A DNA stretch of 33,730 nucleotides, taken from the NCBI GenBank assembly GCA_029858565.1, contig JAOUEV010000040.1, positions 1-33,730 of the forward strand, given 5' to 3'. This document shows, piece by piece, positions 1 to 9,061 of this stretch. Numbering within the stretch: the first letter of the stretch is position 1; each line of letters starts with the position of its first letter. The stretch is from Nitrospirota bacterium. GTDB lineage: Bacteria > Nitrospirota > UBA9217. Below the pieces are notes generated by a model that did no database searches, was not told where the DNA came from, and saw nothing but the letters and a program-made list of their open reading frames with translations. Both the position numbers and the translations under genes were made by a program.

Positions 1-202
1 CTGCTCGGTCCGTAAGGATGCCCTCGGACAGCAGGAATCCAACGGCAAGTTCCTTGAGCTCCGTGGGGGTGCAAAGCAGGGTGACGAGCTGCGTATCGTT
101 CAGGACCAGCCGGACCGGAAGCTCGGCCGCCACTTCATCCACAGCGCCTTCCAGCCGGTCGCCTGAAACCTTTATAATAAGGGAGTCTATCTTCGATCTC
201 AC
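1..202 (-). CDS. fdhD: Formate dehydrogenase accessory sulfurtransferase FdhD, N-terminal part (runs off left edge)
   Basis: Not in ORF track. Manual translation from GTG at 202: MRSKIDSLIIKVSGDRLEGAVDEVAAELPVRLVLNDTQLVTLLCTPTELKELAVGFLLSEGILTDRA, matching the FdhD pattern E.P....N.....T..TP..L.ELA.GFL.SEG. Confidence 0.85.
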   Translation of the reverse strand, partial: MRSKIDSLIIKVSGDRLEGAVDEVAAELPVRLVLNDTQLVTLLCTPTELKELAVGFLLSEGILTDRA

Positions 203-208
203 GCAGGG

Positions 209-238
209 AATATACCATAAAGAAGAGACGAGAGACAA
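209..238 (-). promoter_or_regulatory. Putative sigma70 promoter of fdhD (extended -10, probably leaderless)
   Basis: Minus strand TG-G-TATATT (217-209) ends 6 nt before the GTG; TTGTCT (238-233) at 18 bp spacing lies inside the repeat array; no Shine-Dalgarno. Confidence 0.5.
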
Positions 239-360
239 GAAGCAAGAGACGAGAGACAAGAAACAAGAGACAAGAAACAAGAGACGAGAGACGAGAGACG
301 AGAGACGAGAGACGAGAGACGAGAGACGAGAGACGAGAGACGAGAGACGAGAGACGAGAG
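224..360. repeat. Heptamer tandem array AGAGACG (19 units plus a partial)
   Basis: 224-279: eight mixed units (AGAGACG/AGAGACA/AGAAGCA/AGAAACA); 280-356: eleven perfect AGAGACG. Confidence 0.97.
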
Positions 361-381
361 GAACCTCTCTGGCTACAGTGC

Positions 382-421
382 AAAAAAAGAAAAGCCCCCG
401 ACAGCTATTGCCGGGGGCTTT
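382..421 (-). terminator. Rho-independent terminator of the 444..1190 gene
   Basis: Stem AAAGCCCCCGACAG/TTGCCGGGGGCTTT followed on the minus strand by a long T tract, just past the stop at 444. Confidence 0.85.
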
Positions 422-443
422 GTGCGTTCGCTGGAAAGAAGTT

Positions 444-1190
444 TTAGAAATGCAGGTTCAAACGTGCTGAGTAGGAATTCACTTCCGCGAAGTCCGCTTC
501 AACCACAAGGTTCATGAGCGGGAAGAAAGTGAACTTGCAGCCCACGAATGCCTTGTTCTCGGAGATCTTCTCCTCCTGCAGCGGCAAATTGGTGTTTTCC
601 TTGCTCGTGATCCAGACCCTGCCGTAGCCTGCGTAAGGAGTGAACATCAGGATCCCCTTGCTGATCGAAAGGTCCACTGACTTGGTGTTGATGTCCAGGT
701 CCTCGACGCCCGACAGCTTGGTGTAGGCGCCGCGCACGGCAAGCGCCGGCCAGACCACGCCGCCCTTGAAAATGGAGTACTTCAGCTCGCCGCCCATGTA
801 TTTGATGTTGGTGCCCGGGACTGCCGAGTACACAACGCCCAGGTCAATGGGTACGACCGGAAGACCTACCTGGAGATGAAGCTTGGGAAAGGGCAGGGTG
901 GTCGGGATTTTGTCCCCTGATACCGCTTCCACGGTCTGCCAATATACCTTTTTCGTATCGATCTGAACTCCCGTGACCTCGATGCCCAGGTCTAATCCCG
1001 GAAGTACGCCGCCCAGAGGCTCGGCTGTGGCCAGCGGTACATAGCTGATGGCAAGACCAAGGTCCCTGCTCAGGTCTTTGAACTGTTCCTGGGTATATGC
1101 ACCAGGCAGGGTGATCTCAGTCTTTGCGTAAGCGGGAAGGGCTGAACAGAGAAGCAGGATCGCGACAAGTACGACAAAACCTTTCTTCAT
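444..1190 (-). CDS. Secreted conserved hypothetical protein, probable outer-membrane beta-barrel
   Basis: Signal peptide (MKKGFVVLVAILLLCSALPAYA), amphipathic alternating beta-strand segments, C-terminal Phe (SARLNLHF), RBS GGAGG upstream. Confidence 0.75.
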   Translation of the reverse strand: MKKGFVVLVAILLLCSALPAYAKTEITLPGAYTQEQFKDLSRDLGLAISYVPLATAEPLGGVLPGLDLGIEVTGVQIDTKKVYWQTVEAVSGDKIPTTLPFPKLHLQVGLPVVPIDLGVVYSAVPGTNIKYMGGELKYSIFKGGVVWPALAVRGAYTKLSGVEDLDINTKSVDLSISKGILMFTPYAGYGRVWITSKENTNLPLQEEKISENKAFVGCKFTFFPLMNLVVEADFAEVNSYSARLNLHF

Positions 1191-1217
1191 GGTATCCTCC
1201 TGATGAATGGGAACGTA

Positions 1218-1264
1218 TTGTTATCGAATGTCTTAACACTAACAAAGCGGGTAATCCTTGTCAA
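1218..1264 (-). promoter_or_regulatory. Promoter of the beta-barrel gene with an overlapping NikR-like box (TTGTTA-N16-TAACAA, 1218-1245)
   Basis: Minus strand TTGACA (1264-1259)-N17-TAGTGT (1241-1236) with TG extension; the 28-bp palindrome has the same 6-16-6 geometry as the box before nikR. Confidence 0.6.
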
Positions 1265-1328
1265 GATGTTTATACTTTACAGGGAGATTCCTGCTGCATG
1301 ACGACTGTGCCGGAGCGCGGAAAATTAC

Positions 1329-1375
1329 TTGACAGAGCGTCGGCGTAGTGTTACTAATTAGCATAATAGTAACAC
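1329..1375 (+). promoter_or_regulatory. nikR promoter with NikR operator GTGTTACTA-N10-TAGTAACAC (1348-1375)
   Basis: TTGACA at 1329, TG-T-TACTAA at 1349-1357; perfect 9-bp inverted repeat with 6-16-6 spacing as in the E. coli NikR operator, directly upstream of nikR. Confidence 0.85.
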
Positions 1376-1390
1376 GACCCAGGAGGACCC

Positions 1391-1810
1391 ATGGCCGGCA
1401 TCACCCGCTTCGGCATGTCCATTGACAGTTCGCTGATCAAAAAGTTCGATACCCTGATCGACCGCAAGGGGTACCCGAACCGCTCAAAAGCGATCCAGGA
1501 CCTGATCCGCGACAAACTCATCGAAGAGGAATGGGAGGCCGGTGACCAGGAGACCGTTGGCACCATCACCATCGTCTACAACCATCACACCCGTGAACTG
1601 GACCATGCGTTGAACGATCTGCAGCATCAGTCCTTTCACCAGATCGTTTCAGCGCTTCATATTCACCTGGACGCGCACAATTGTCTTGAGGTGCTGGTCG
1701 TGAAGGGCAAGAGCAAGGAGATCAAGAAGATCGCTGATAGCCTGATCGGCACCCGGGGCGTGAAGCACGGCAAACTGACCATGACAACCTCGGGAAAGGA
1801 CCTTGCGTGA
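1391..1810 (+). CDS. nikR: Nickel-responsive transcriptional regulator NikR
   Basis: RHH N-terminus (TRFGMSID...NRSKAIQDLIRD), Ni-binding HIHLDAHNCLE, GVKHGKL; RBS AGGAGG. Confidence 0.97.
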   Translation: MAGITRFGMSIDSSLIKKFDTLIDRKGYPNRSKAIQDLIRDKLIEEEWEAGDQETVGTITIVYNHHTRELDHALNDLQHQSFHQIVSALHIHLDAHNCLEVLVVKGKSKEIKKIADSLIGTRGVKHGKLTMTTSGKDLA

Positions 1811-1837
1811 TGCGATCCGGCCAGAGAAAGGGAACCT

Positions 1838-2506
1838 ATGCATATCCCTGACGGGTATTTGGGACCACGGACATACGGTACTCTGTTCGCCGTCATGGTC
1901 CCGGTCTGGGCCGCGGCATCGTGGAAGCTCAACAGAACGCTCAAGGCGCGGCAGGTGCCCTATCTTGCCATCGGCGCGGCCTTCAGTTTCGTGATCATGA
2001 TGTTCAACATCCCGGTGGTCGGTGGAACGACCGGCCATGCCGCGGGGGCCGCCCTTGTGGCGATCCTGATCGGCCCCTGGGCCGCTACGATCTCGGTGTC
2101 TGTGGCCTTGATCATTCAGGCCTTGCTCTTCGGAGACGGAGGCATCACGGCGATCGGCGCCAACTGTTTCAACATCGCCGCCGCAGGTTCATTTTCAGGA
2201 TATCTTGTTTATCGCGCGTTGGCTGTCGGGTCAGCGGTTCCCTCGAGACGGGGATGGATAGCTGCCGGTGCTGCGGCCTACGTCAGTCTGAACCTCTCGG
2301 CGCTTTTAACCGCGGTGCAGCTCGGTCTGCAGCCGGTCCTTGAGGTATCGTCTGAGGGCCATCCCCTGTACGCGCCTTTTCCGCTCAAGGTCACGGTGCC
2401 GGTGATGATGCTGGAGCATCTGCTGCTGTTCGGCATTGTCGAGGCTTTTATCACGGTCATGGTGATCCGCTATATCCAGAAGAACGAACCGGAGCTGCTC
2501 GAATGA
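1838..2506 (+). CDS. nikM: ECF Ni/Co transporter S component NikM/CbiM
   Basis: N-terminal MHIPDGYL, GTTGH, QALLFGDGGITAIGAN; MHIPDG plus adjacent nikR favours Ni. Confidence 0.9.
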   Translation: MHIPDGYLGPRTYGTLFAVMVPVWAAASWKLNRTLKARQVPYLAIGAAFSFVIMMFNIPVVGGTTGHAAGAALVAILIGPWAATISVSVALIIQALLFGDGGITAIGANCFNIAAAGSFSGYLVYRALAVGSAVPSRRGWIAAGAAAYVSLNLSALLTAVQLGLQPVLEVSSEGHPLYAPFPLKVTVPVMMLEHLLLFGIVEAFITVMVIRYIQKNEPELLE

Positions 2507-2904
2507 TCGAAATGCGGAATATAAGAAAAAGACTGCAGAACATGCAGACACACAACAAGCTGTGGTTCGGCATTGGATTGCTCGCTTTGCTTTCGCCGCT
2601 CGGCATCCTTCTGCCCTCCCTGTTCAACAGCGGGGGAGCATGGGGAGAGTGGGGGCTTGCGGACCTGGAGCGCATGGTGGGATTCGCGCCCGAGGGGATG
2701 AAGCACAGTTCCGATCTCTGGAATGCTCCGATGCCTGACTATGCCCTCCCCGGCCAGGGCACGGGGAGGCTGAGCGAGAGCCTCGGGTACCTCCTGACGG
2801 GCATCGTCGGGATTGCTGTAACGGTCGCGGCAGCTTACGGGATCGCAAAAGCACTGGCAGGAAAGAGCGCGAAGGAAAAGGACGTACGGAACGGTCATGG
2901 CTAA
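2503..2904 (+). CDS. nikN: NikN-like (PDGLE-type) accessory membrane subunit
   Basis: Two TM helices, AWGEWG and APMPDYALPG motifs; ATGA overlap with nikM; alternative start 2542. Confidence 0.8.
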   Translation: MIEMRNIRKRLQNMQTHNKLWFGIGLLALLSPLGILLPSLFNSGGAWGEWGLADLERMVGFAPEGMKHSSDLWNAPMPDYALPGQGTGRLSESLGYLLTGIVGIAVTVAAAYGIAKALAGKSAKEKDVRNGHG

Positions 2905-3772
2905 GATCGGATTTCTTGACAAAACGCTGCTTGCGATCGCACGGTTAGGAGAACAGGCCCTGTTCTCGGAGCAGAGCGGTCTTCAGCAGGGTCTTCTCCA
3001 GGGGATCGACGTGCGGGTAAAACTGCTCACCTTCGCCTTTCTGCTGATCCTCATCAGCATCAGCCGGACCCCGGCCGTGCTCTGGGTATTCACCGTCGTC
3101 GGCATTGTCCTTGCTCTGCTTTCCCGGGTACCGCTGGGTCCTTTTCTGCAGCGGGTTTCCCTCTTCGGCCCCGTGTTTACAGCGCTTTTCGCGTTCCCGG
3201 CCCTGTTCAATATCATCACTCCGGGCGACCCTGTTCTGACGCTGTTCGTGCTGCCTTCTTCCTACTCCTGGGGGCCCTACGTTGTGCCCCGGGACCTGAC
3301 GATCACGCATCAGGGGATCGCGGCGGTCATCCTTATCGTTTCCCGCGTAACCGCATCGGTCTCCATCGCCGTGCTCCTGACCGTTACCACGCGGTGGCAC
3401 GATATCTTTGCCGGTCTGCGGGCGCTGTTCGTGCCCCGCGTGTTCGTAATGACGCTTTCCATGACCTACCGGTACGTATTCGTGTTCCTCCGGGTCATCC
3501 AGGACATGTACCGCGCCAGGAAGAGCAGGACCATCCACGCGGGCACCGCTTCCCTGGAGCGGAGCTGGGTCGCTTCCCGCATCGGTTTTCTGTTCAAGAG
3601 GTCAACGGACATGAGCTCTTCGATCTATCTTGCCATGGTCTCCCGGGGATATCACGGAGAGATTATCACCGTGAACCGTTTCAGGCTTTCGGCGGCTGAT
3701 GTGCTCTGGACCCTGGGTGTGGTCGTCGCGGGCTGCGCAGGTATCGCCTGGGAAAGGGGCGTGCTGCCATGA
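2897..3772 (+). CDS. nikQ: ECF transporter T component NikQ/CbiQ
   Basis: LQGIDVRVK, multiple TMs, MTYRY, ARKSR and AMVSRGY motifs. Confidence 0.92.
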   Translation: MAKIGFLDKTLLAIARLGEQALFSEQSGLQQGLLQGIDVRVKLLTFAFLLILISISRTPAVLWVFTVVGIVLALLSRVPLGPFLQRVSLFGPVFTALFAFPALFNIITPGDPVLTLFVLPSSYSWGPYVVPRDLTITHQGIAAVILIVSRVTASVSIAVLLTVTTRWHDIFAGLRALFVPRVFVMTLSMTYRYVFVFLRVIQDMYRARKSRTIHAGTASLERSWVASRIGFLFKRSTDMSSSIYLAMVSRGYHGEIITVNRFRLSAADVLWTLGVVVAGCAGIAWERGVLP

Positions 3773-4872
3773 ACCCGCTGTTCACGCTCAGGGATGTCAG
3801 CTTCGGCTACTCCCGCGCCACGCCCGTGCTGAAGGACCTTGCCCTGGACATCCATGCAGGCGAACGGGCGGTTGTCCTCGGTTCGAACGGTTCGGGTAAA
3901 TCAACGCTCCTGTCCCTGCTGAACGGGCTGCTGTTCCCCCAGGCCGGAGTGATCACCGCATTCGGCAGGGAGCTTACGGAAAACACCCTGGAACAGCGGG
4001 ATTTCGGCCGGGAGTTCCGGAAGCGGATCTCTTTCGTGTTCCAGAATCCCGATGTGCAGCTTTTCTCGTCAACGGTCTGGGACGATGTGGCTTTTGGTCC
4101 GCTCCAGCTGGGGCTTCCGAAAGCGGTTGTTCGGGATACCGTGGACGACCTGCTCCGCTCCCTGCGGATCGAGGACCTCCGGGACCGGCCGCCGCACACG
4201 CTTTCCGACGGCCAGAAGAAGAAGGTCGCGATCGCGTCGAGCCTGGCCACGGACCCCGATGTCCTGCTGCTGGACGAACCCACGAACGGTCTTGATCCCC
4301 GCACCCAGGTATGGCTCATCGAGCTGCTCGCCGGGCTCCACGCGCGGGGAAAGACCATTGTCACGGCGACCCATGATCTGTCCATCGCAGGCGACATAGC
4401 GGAGCGCGCCATCGTTTTCAGCGAGGACCACACCCTGGCGGCCGACGACGATCTTCGCCGGGTGCTGGACAACGACGAACTGCTGCTGTCGGTCAACTTG
4501 ATCCATGAACATGCGCATATGCACGGGGGCACAAAGCACGCGCACCGCCATTATGGACATCATCACCACCACGACGAAGGGACGGAACAGGACATGCACA
4601 AGGGACATACGCACGGCCATGGTCACGACCACCAGCACTCCCATGAGGAGACCGAAGGGCTTCGCAAGCTCCTTGCCATGCTCGAACACTGGATCGAGCA
4701 CAGCGACTCCCACGTGGAAAGCTACCGGGAATGGGCGGGAAAGGCCGGCAGCGCGGGCGAGGAAGAGATCGCCCGGGAGATCCATCTGGCAATCGACGAC
4801 AGCGACTCGGTCAAGAGCCACCTGAAACGCGCCAAGGCCATCCTCGCTGCGAAGCTGGTGCTGAAGAAATAA
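3769..4872 (+). CDS. nikO: ECF ATPase NikO/CbiO with His-rich linker and fused C-terminal helical domain
   Basis: Walker A GSNGSGKST, Q-loop VFQNPD, signature LSDGQ, Walker B LLLDEP, THD; then poly-His and LLAMLEHWIEHSDSH domain. Confidence 0.92.
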   Translation: MNPLFTLRDVSFGYSRATPVLKDLALDIHAGERAVVLGSNGSGKSTLLSLLNGLLFPQAGVITAFGRELTENTLEQRDFGREFRKRISFVFQNPDVQLFSSTVWDDVAFGPLQLGLPKAVVRDTVDDLLRSLRIEDLRDRPPHTLSDGQKKKVAIASSLATDPDVLLLDEPTNGLDPRTQVWLIELLAGLHARGKTIVTATHDLSIAGDIAERAIVFSEDHTLAADDDLRRVLDNDELLLSVNLIHEHAHMHGGTKHAHRHYGHHHHHDEGTEQDMHKGHTHGHGHDHQHSHEETEGLRKLLAMLEHWIEHSDSHVESYREWAGKAGSAGEEEIAREIHLAIDDSDSVKSHLKRAKAILAAKLVLKK

Positions 4873-4915
4873 CAAAGAAGGGTATTGTAAAATATTGCGT
4901 TCGCACAACATCTTT

Positions 4916-5006
4916 TCGCGCAAAGCCGCAAAGTCGCAAAGGGGATCAGGCAATCAGGGACGGGAATTGATCTGGCCTTTCTTTGCGCCTTGGCGGCTTT
5001 GCGCGA
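4916..5006. repeat. 26-bp inverted repeat made of CGCAAAG units (REP/MITE-like)
   Basis: Left arm TCGCGCAAAGCCGCAAAGTCGCAAAG (4916-4941); reverse complement of 4981-5006 is TCGCGCAAAGCCGCCAAGGCGCAAAG (2 mismatches). Confidence 0.9.
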
Positions 5007-5046
5007 GCTATCTTTCGGATTCAATCCTTGTTTCGAGGAGCTTTAC

Positions 5047-5637
5047 ATGAGCCATCAATTCGACGACGATCTGCGGGAGACGATCCAGTTCCACGGCCAT
5101 CTCTGTCCTGGGCTGGCGCTGGGCTACCGGGTGGCCAAGGCGGCGCTTCGGGAACTCGATGCGGAGCGGCCGGGGGACGAGGAACTGGTCGCTGTAGTGG
5201 AGAACGACTCCTGCGCGGTTGACGCGATCCAGTTCATCACCGGGTGCACCTTCGGAAAGGGGAACCTGGTATTCCGGGATTACGGCAAGCATGTCTATAC
5301 GTTCCACAATCGCAGGACCGGCGCCGCGGTTCGCATCTCCGAGGATTACCAGGGATTCCGGAACGATCCGCGGTATCGGGAACTCAGGAAACGGATGGAT
5401 ACCGGAGAGAACGTCTCGCGTGAAATGCAGGCATTTAAAATGGAAAAAGCATCGGCTATTCTCTCGGCTGAAGAGGCTGAACTGATGAGGATCACGGCAG
5501 TGACGGCTCCTCCACCGTCAGAGGCCAGGATCAGGCAGTCGGTTTTGTGCAGCATCTGCGGTGAACGGTTCATGGAGACCCGCGGCCGCGAACTCCAGGG
5601 CCGGATCATTTGTATTCCCTGCTCCGAGAAGGGATGA
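5047..5637 (+). CDS. fmdE: FmdE family protein with C-terminal C4 zinc finger
   Basis: FHGHLCPGLALGYR, ENDSCAVDAIQFITGCTFGKGNL, CSICGE...CIPC; start moved to ATG 5047 after GAGGAG. Confidence 0.92.
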   Translation: MSHQFDDDLRETIQFHGHLCPGLALGYRVAKAALRELDAERPGDEELVAVVENDSCAVDAIQFITGCTFGKGNLVFRDYGKHVYTFHNRRTGAAVRISEDYQGFRNDPRYRELRKRMDTGENVSREMQAFKMEKASAILSAEEAELMRITAVTAPPPSEARIRQSVLCSICGERFMETRGRELQGRIICIPCSEKG

Positions 5638-5671
5638 CGGTATCCCAGGCTCGCCTCCCGAGCAAATCCCC

Positions 5672-5700
5672 TTGACAATGCAGGGACCTGCCGTTATTAT
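5672..5700 (+). promoter_or_regulatory. sigma70 promoter
   Basis: TTGACA-N17-TATTAT upstream of the OmpA/MotB gene. Confidence 0.75.
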
Positions 5701-5752
5701 GACCGTGCTTATTTTGCCCCGGTATCCCCCTGCTTTTATCAAGGAGCCTGCA

Positions 5753-6484
5753 ATGAAAAAACATCTTGTTTTTCCGGTAGTTTCCTTGTTTTTCCTGCTT
5801 GCGGCATGCGGTGTACCCACGGCACAGTTCGACAAGGCCGTAGCAGACCTCAAGGATTGCTCAAAAGAACGAGACGATGCGATCATGCAGTCGAGTACCT
5901 GCAAGAACCAGGTGGTCAATCTGACCACGCTGAACGACACGGTCAAGAAGGAACGTGACGATCTGAAGGTAAAAGTCGATGAATTGAACGCCAAGGCGGA
6001 AAAGGCCGCAGAGCTGGAAAAGGCCACGGCGACCTACCAGGACCTTCAGAAGAAACTGGAAAAGGAGATCCAGGAAGGCAAGATCCAGATCACCGAAATG
6101 AAGAACCGTCTGACCATGACCATGGTGGACAAGATCCTCTTTCCCTCGGGAAGCGCCGATGTGAGCAGGGACGGCAAGCTCGTTCTGGACAAGGTCATTT
6201 CGATCATCAAGGATGTGGCGGACAAGCGCATCCAGGTCGAGGGCCATACGGACAACGTGAGGATCTTCAGCTCCATTAAAACGAAATATCCGACGAACTG
6301 GGAGCTCTCCACTGCCCGTGCGACCCAGGTTGTCCGCTACCTCCAGGAGGAGGGCGGGATCGATCCCAAGCGCCTCTCCGCCACGGGATATTCCGAATAC
6401 CAGCCGGTCGCGGCGAACGACACCGATGAAGGCAAGGCCAGGAACCGGCGCATCGAGATCGTCCTTCTGCCGCTTCTGAACTAG
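5753..6484 (+). CDS. OmpA/MotB-family peptidoglycan-binding lipoprotein with coiled coil
   Basis: Lipobox LAAC, coiled-coil segment, ILFPSGS, VEGHTDN, NWELSTARA, NRRIEI; RBS AAGGAG before ATG 5753. Confidence 0.9.
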   Translation: MKKHLVFPVVSLFFLLAACGVPTAQFDKAVADLKDCSKERDDAIMQSSTCKNQVVNLTTLNDTVKKERDDLKVKVDELNAKAEKAAELEKATATYQDLQKKLEKEIQEGKIQITEMKNRLTMTMVDKILFPSGSADVSRDGKLVLDKVISIIKDVADKRIQVEGHTDNVRIFSSIKTKYPTNWELSTARATQVVRYLQEEGGIDPKRLSATGYSEYQPVAANDTDEGKARNRRIEIVLLPLLN

Positions 6485-6493
6485 GATCTCCGC

Positions 6494-7132
6494 ATGTTCA
6501 CCGGGATCATCGAGGAAATGGGGAGCGTCAGGTCGCTCCGCAGGAGCGGCGGATCGGCCCGCCTGACCTTGTCAGCCTCCAGGGTCCTTGCGGGAACCAT
6601 CCTCGGCGACAGCATCTGCGTGAACGGCGTCTGCCTCACCGTGGTCGAGATGAGCGCGAGCGAGTTCTCCGCCGATGTGGCGGTTGAGACGCTGAAGGTC
6701 ACGAACCTCGGTGATCTGACGCCGGGATCGAACGTCAACCTGGAACGTGCGCTGCAGTTGTCCGCCAGGATCGGCGGCCATCTCGTAAGCGGTCACGTCG
6801 ACGCAGTGGGCCGGCTCCGCGAAAGACGCGAGGAAGGGAACGGCTGGCGTGTTCTGTTCGATGCGCCTGACGCGGTCCTGCGGTACGTGATCAAGAAGGG
6901 CTCCATTGCCATCGACGGCATCAGCCTGACGGTCGCCGATCTGGACCCCGCGGGTTTCTCGGTCGCCATGATCCCCCATACTGCGAAGCTCACGACGCTG
7001 GGCCATAAGAAGGCCGGCGATACGGTCAATCTGGAAGCTGATATCATCGGAAAGTACGTGGAACGGCTGCTTGGAGGAAGGGCCGAAGGCGGCGTGAGCC
7101 TGGAGTTGCTGAAAAAAAGCGGATTCGCCTGA
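6494..7132 (+). CDS. ribE: Riboflavin synthase (alpha chain)
   Basis: MFTGIIEE N-terminus, GDSICVNGVCLTV, GGHLVSGHVD, KGSIAIDGISLTV. Confidence 0.97.
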   Translation: MFTGIIEEMGSVRSLRRSGGSARLTLSASRVLAGTILGDSICVNGVCLTVVEMSASEFSADVAVETLKVTNLGDLTPGSNVNLERALQLSARIGGHLVSGHVDAVGRLRERREEGNGWRVLFDAPDAVLRYVIKKGSIAIDGISLTVADLDPAGFSVAMIPHTAKLTTLGHKKAGDTVNLEADIIGKYVERLLGGRAEGGVSLELLKKSGFA

Positions 7133-7134
7133 TG

Positions 7135-7151
7135 ATCGCGGATTTCGGATT
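7135..7151. repeat. Short ATT(G/T)CGG-family heptamer remnant
   Basis: ATCGCGG ATTTCGG ATT right after the ribE stop; same family as 8384-8537. Confidence 0.6.
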
Positions 7152-7174
7152 ATACAAGGTAAAGGTGAGGTCTG

Positions 7175-8380
7175 ATGAAGTTCAACACTATCGAAGAAGC
7201 ACTGGAAGACATTAAAAAAGGCAAGATGGTCATCCTGGTGGATGACGAGGACCGGGAGAACGAGGGCGATCTGACCATGGCAGCAGAGAAGGTGACGCCC
7301 GAGGCGATCAACTTCATGGCCAAGCACGGACGCGGGCTGATCTGCCTGTCCATGACGCCGGAGCGCGTGGAGCATCTCCAGCTTCCCATGATGACCACGG
7401 ATAATACCTCTTCCTTCGGGACCGCCTTCACGATATCCATCGAGGCGAAGAAAGGGGTCACCACGGGCATCTCCGCTGCGGACCGCGCCAGGACCATCAA
7501 GACCGCGATCGATCCCAAGTCCGGTCCCGAGGACCTGGCCCGTCCCGGACATGTGTTCCCCCTTCGCGCGAAGCCGGGCGGCGTGCTGCAGCGCGCGGGC
7601 CAGACCGAAGGGTCCGTGGACCTCGCGCGGCTTGCCGGACTGAATCCCTCCGGCGTGATCTGCGAGATCATGAACGATGACGGCACCATGTCCCGCGTTC
7701 CTCAGCTGGTGGAGTTCGCCAAGAAGCACAGCATGAAGATCGTAACGGTCAAGGACCTGATCGCCTACCGCGTCAAAAAGGAGTCGCTGGTCCGGCGCGC
7801 GGCCGTGGTGAGCCTGCCCACTGCCTACGGTGACGAGTTCACGGCGATCCTGTACAGCAACGATATCGACCGTCAGAGCCATATCGCGCTCGTCAAGGGG
7901 GACATCAAGGCCGGCGACGAAGTGATGGTCCGCGTCCACTCCGAATGTCTGACCGGAGATGTGTTCGGGTCGCTCCGCTGCGACTGCGGTGAGCAGCTGC
8001 ACAACGCCATGAAAATGATATCCCAGGAAGGCAAAGGGGTGATCCTCTATATGCGGCAGGAAGGCCGCGGGATCGGGCTGGAAGGCAAGCTCAAGGCCTA
8101 TGAGCTCCAGGACAAGGGCAAGGACACGGTCGAGGCGAACCTCGCGCTGGGCTTCAAGGCGGACCTCAGGGACTACGGCGTGGGCGCTCAGATCCTGCGC
8201 GATCTTGGCATCCGCAAGATCAAGCTCCTGACCAATAATCCCAAGAAGATCATCGGCCTCGAAGGATACGGTCTTACGGTCACGAAGCGGCTCGCGATCG
8301 AGATGCATCCGCATCCCAAGAACGTGCATTACCTGAAGATCAAGAAGAGCAAAATGGGACATATACTGGAGAAAGTGTAG
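7175..8380 (+). CDS. ribBA: Bifunctional DHBP synthase / GTP cyclohydrolase II
   Basis: [52 protein letters not shown]. Confidence 0.97.
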   Translation: MKFNTIEEALEDIKKGKMVILVDDEDRENEGDLTMAAEKVTPEAINFMAKHGRGLICLSMTPERVEHLQLPMMTTDNTSSFGTAFTISIEAKKGVTTGISAADRARTIKTAIDPKSGPEDLARPGHVFPLRAKPGGVLQRAGQTEGSVDLARLAGLNPSGVICEIMNDDGTMSRVPQLVEFAKKHSMKIVTVKDLIAYRVKKESLVRRAAVVSLPTAYGDEFTAILYSNDIDRQSHIALVKGDIKAGDEVMVRVHSECLTGDVFGSLRCDCGEQLHNAMKMISQEGKGVILYMRQEGRGIGLEGKLKAYELQDKGKDTVEANLALGFKADLRDYGVGAQILRDLGIRKIKLLTNNPKKIIGLEGYGLTVTKRLAIEMHPHPKNVHYLKIKKSKMGHILEKV

Positions 8381-8383
8381 CCA

Positions 8384-8537
8384 ATTGCGGATTTCGGATT
8401 GCGGGATGCGGATTGGAAATCAGAGCAAGGGCTAACAATTTGAAGTCGAATATATCTGCGGTAGGCCGATACAAAGGCAGGCAGCGGAATTCGGAATGCG
8501 ATAGTAAATCCGCAATCCGAAATCCGCAATCCGAAAT
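8384..8537. repeat. Inverted pair of ATTGCGG/ATTTCGG heptamer arrays
   Basis: Forward array 8384-8418, a short second forward array 8481-8501, reverse array CCGCAAT CCGAAAT CCGCAAT CCGAAAT 8510-8537. Confidence 0.92.
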
Positions 8538-8552
8538 GTTCCGGAGGAACTC

Positions 8553-9020
8553 ATGCCGAAGACAATTCAGGGCGATCTGAGCGCAAAAGGGATCAAGGTC
8601 GGGATCGTTGCCGCGCGATTCAACGATTTCATCACCGCGAGGCTGGTTGACGGGGCCATGGACGGCCTGCTGCGGCACGGAGCCGCGGAGACCGACATCG
8701 AACTGGCCCGTGTGCCCGGGGCTTACGAAATACCGCTGGTCGCGCAGCGCATGGCCCGTTCCAAGAAATACGATGTGGTTATCTGTCTTGGCGCGGTCAT
8801 CCGCGGCGCCACGCCGCACTTCGAGTACGTGAGCGGTGAGGTGAGCAAGGGGGTCGCCGCTGTTTCCCTGGAGACCGGTGTTCCGGTCATCTTCGGGGTT
8901 CTGACCACCGATACGATCGAGCAGGCGATCGAGCGGGCAGGCACCAAGAGCGGGAACAAGGGATGGGACGCGGCCCTCTCGGCGATTGAAATGGCAAACC
9001 TGATGAAGCAGCTCCCCTGA
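8553..9020 (+). CDS. ribH: 6,7-dimethyl-8-ribityllumazine synthase
   Basis: [42 protein letters not shown]. Confidence 0.97.
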   Translation: MPKTIQGDLSAKGIKVGIVAARFNDFITARLVDGAMDGLLRHGAAETDIELARVPGAYEIPLVAQRMARSKKYDVVICLGAVIRGATPHFEYVSGEVSKGVAAVSLETGVPVIFGVLTTDTIEQAIERAGTKSGNKGWDAALSAIEMANLMKQLP

Positions 9021-9061
9021 CGGGTTGAGCGGAAGGGGATGGTCCGGACCTCGGGAACGGT

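Noticed and set aside
224-360. Array as CRISPR
   Set aside because: Contiguous 7-mers with no spacers.
18-470. ORFs 18..470 (+) and 135..383 (-)
   Set aside because: Products are translations of the heptamer array (RRETRDE / LSSLVSR) and overlap fdhD and a terminator.
1265-1390. Cobalamin riboswitch / cobalt assignment for the transporter
   Set aside because: No B12-box visible and the leader is too short; nikR, its operator and MHIPDG indicate nickel.
4201-4215. ABC signature LSDGQ as evidence of an inactive ATPase
   Set aside because: A single substitution with all other motifs intact; not enough to call inactivation without an alignment.
6572-8362. 596-aa antisense ORF (likewise 16446..17729, 20870..21871, 23314..24594)
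   Set aside because: Shadow ORFs opposite well-conserved GC-rich genes; no recognisable motifs.
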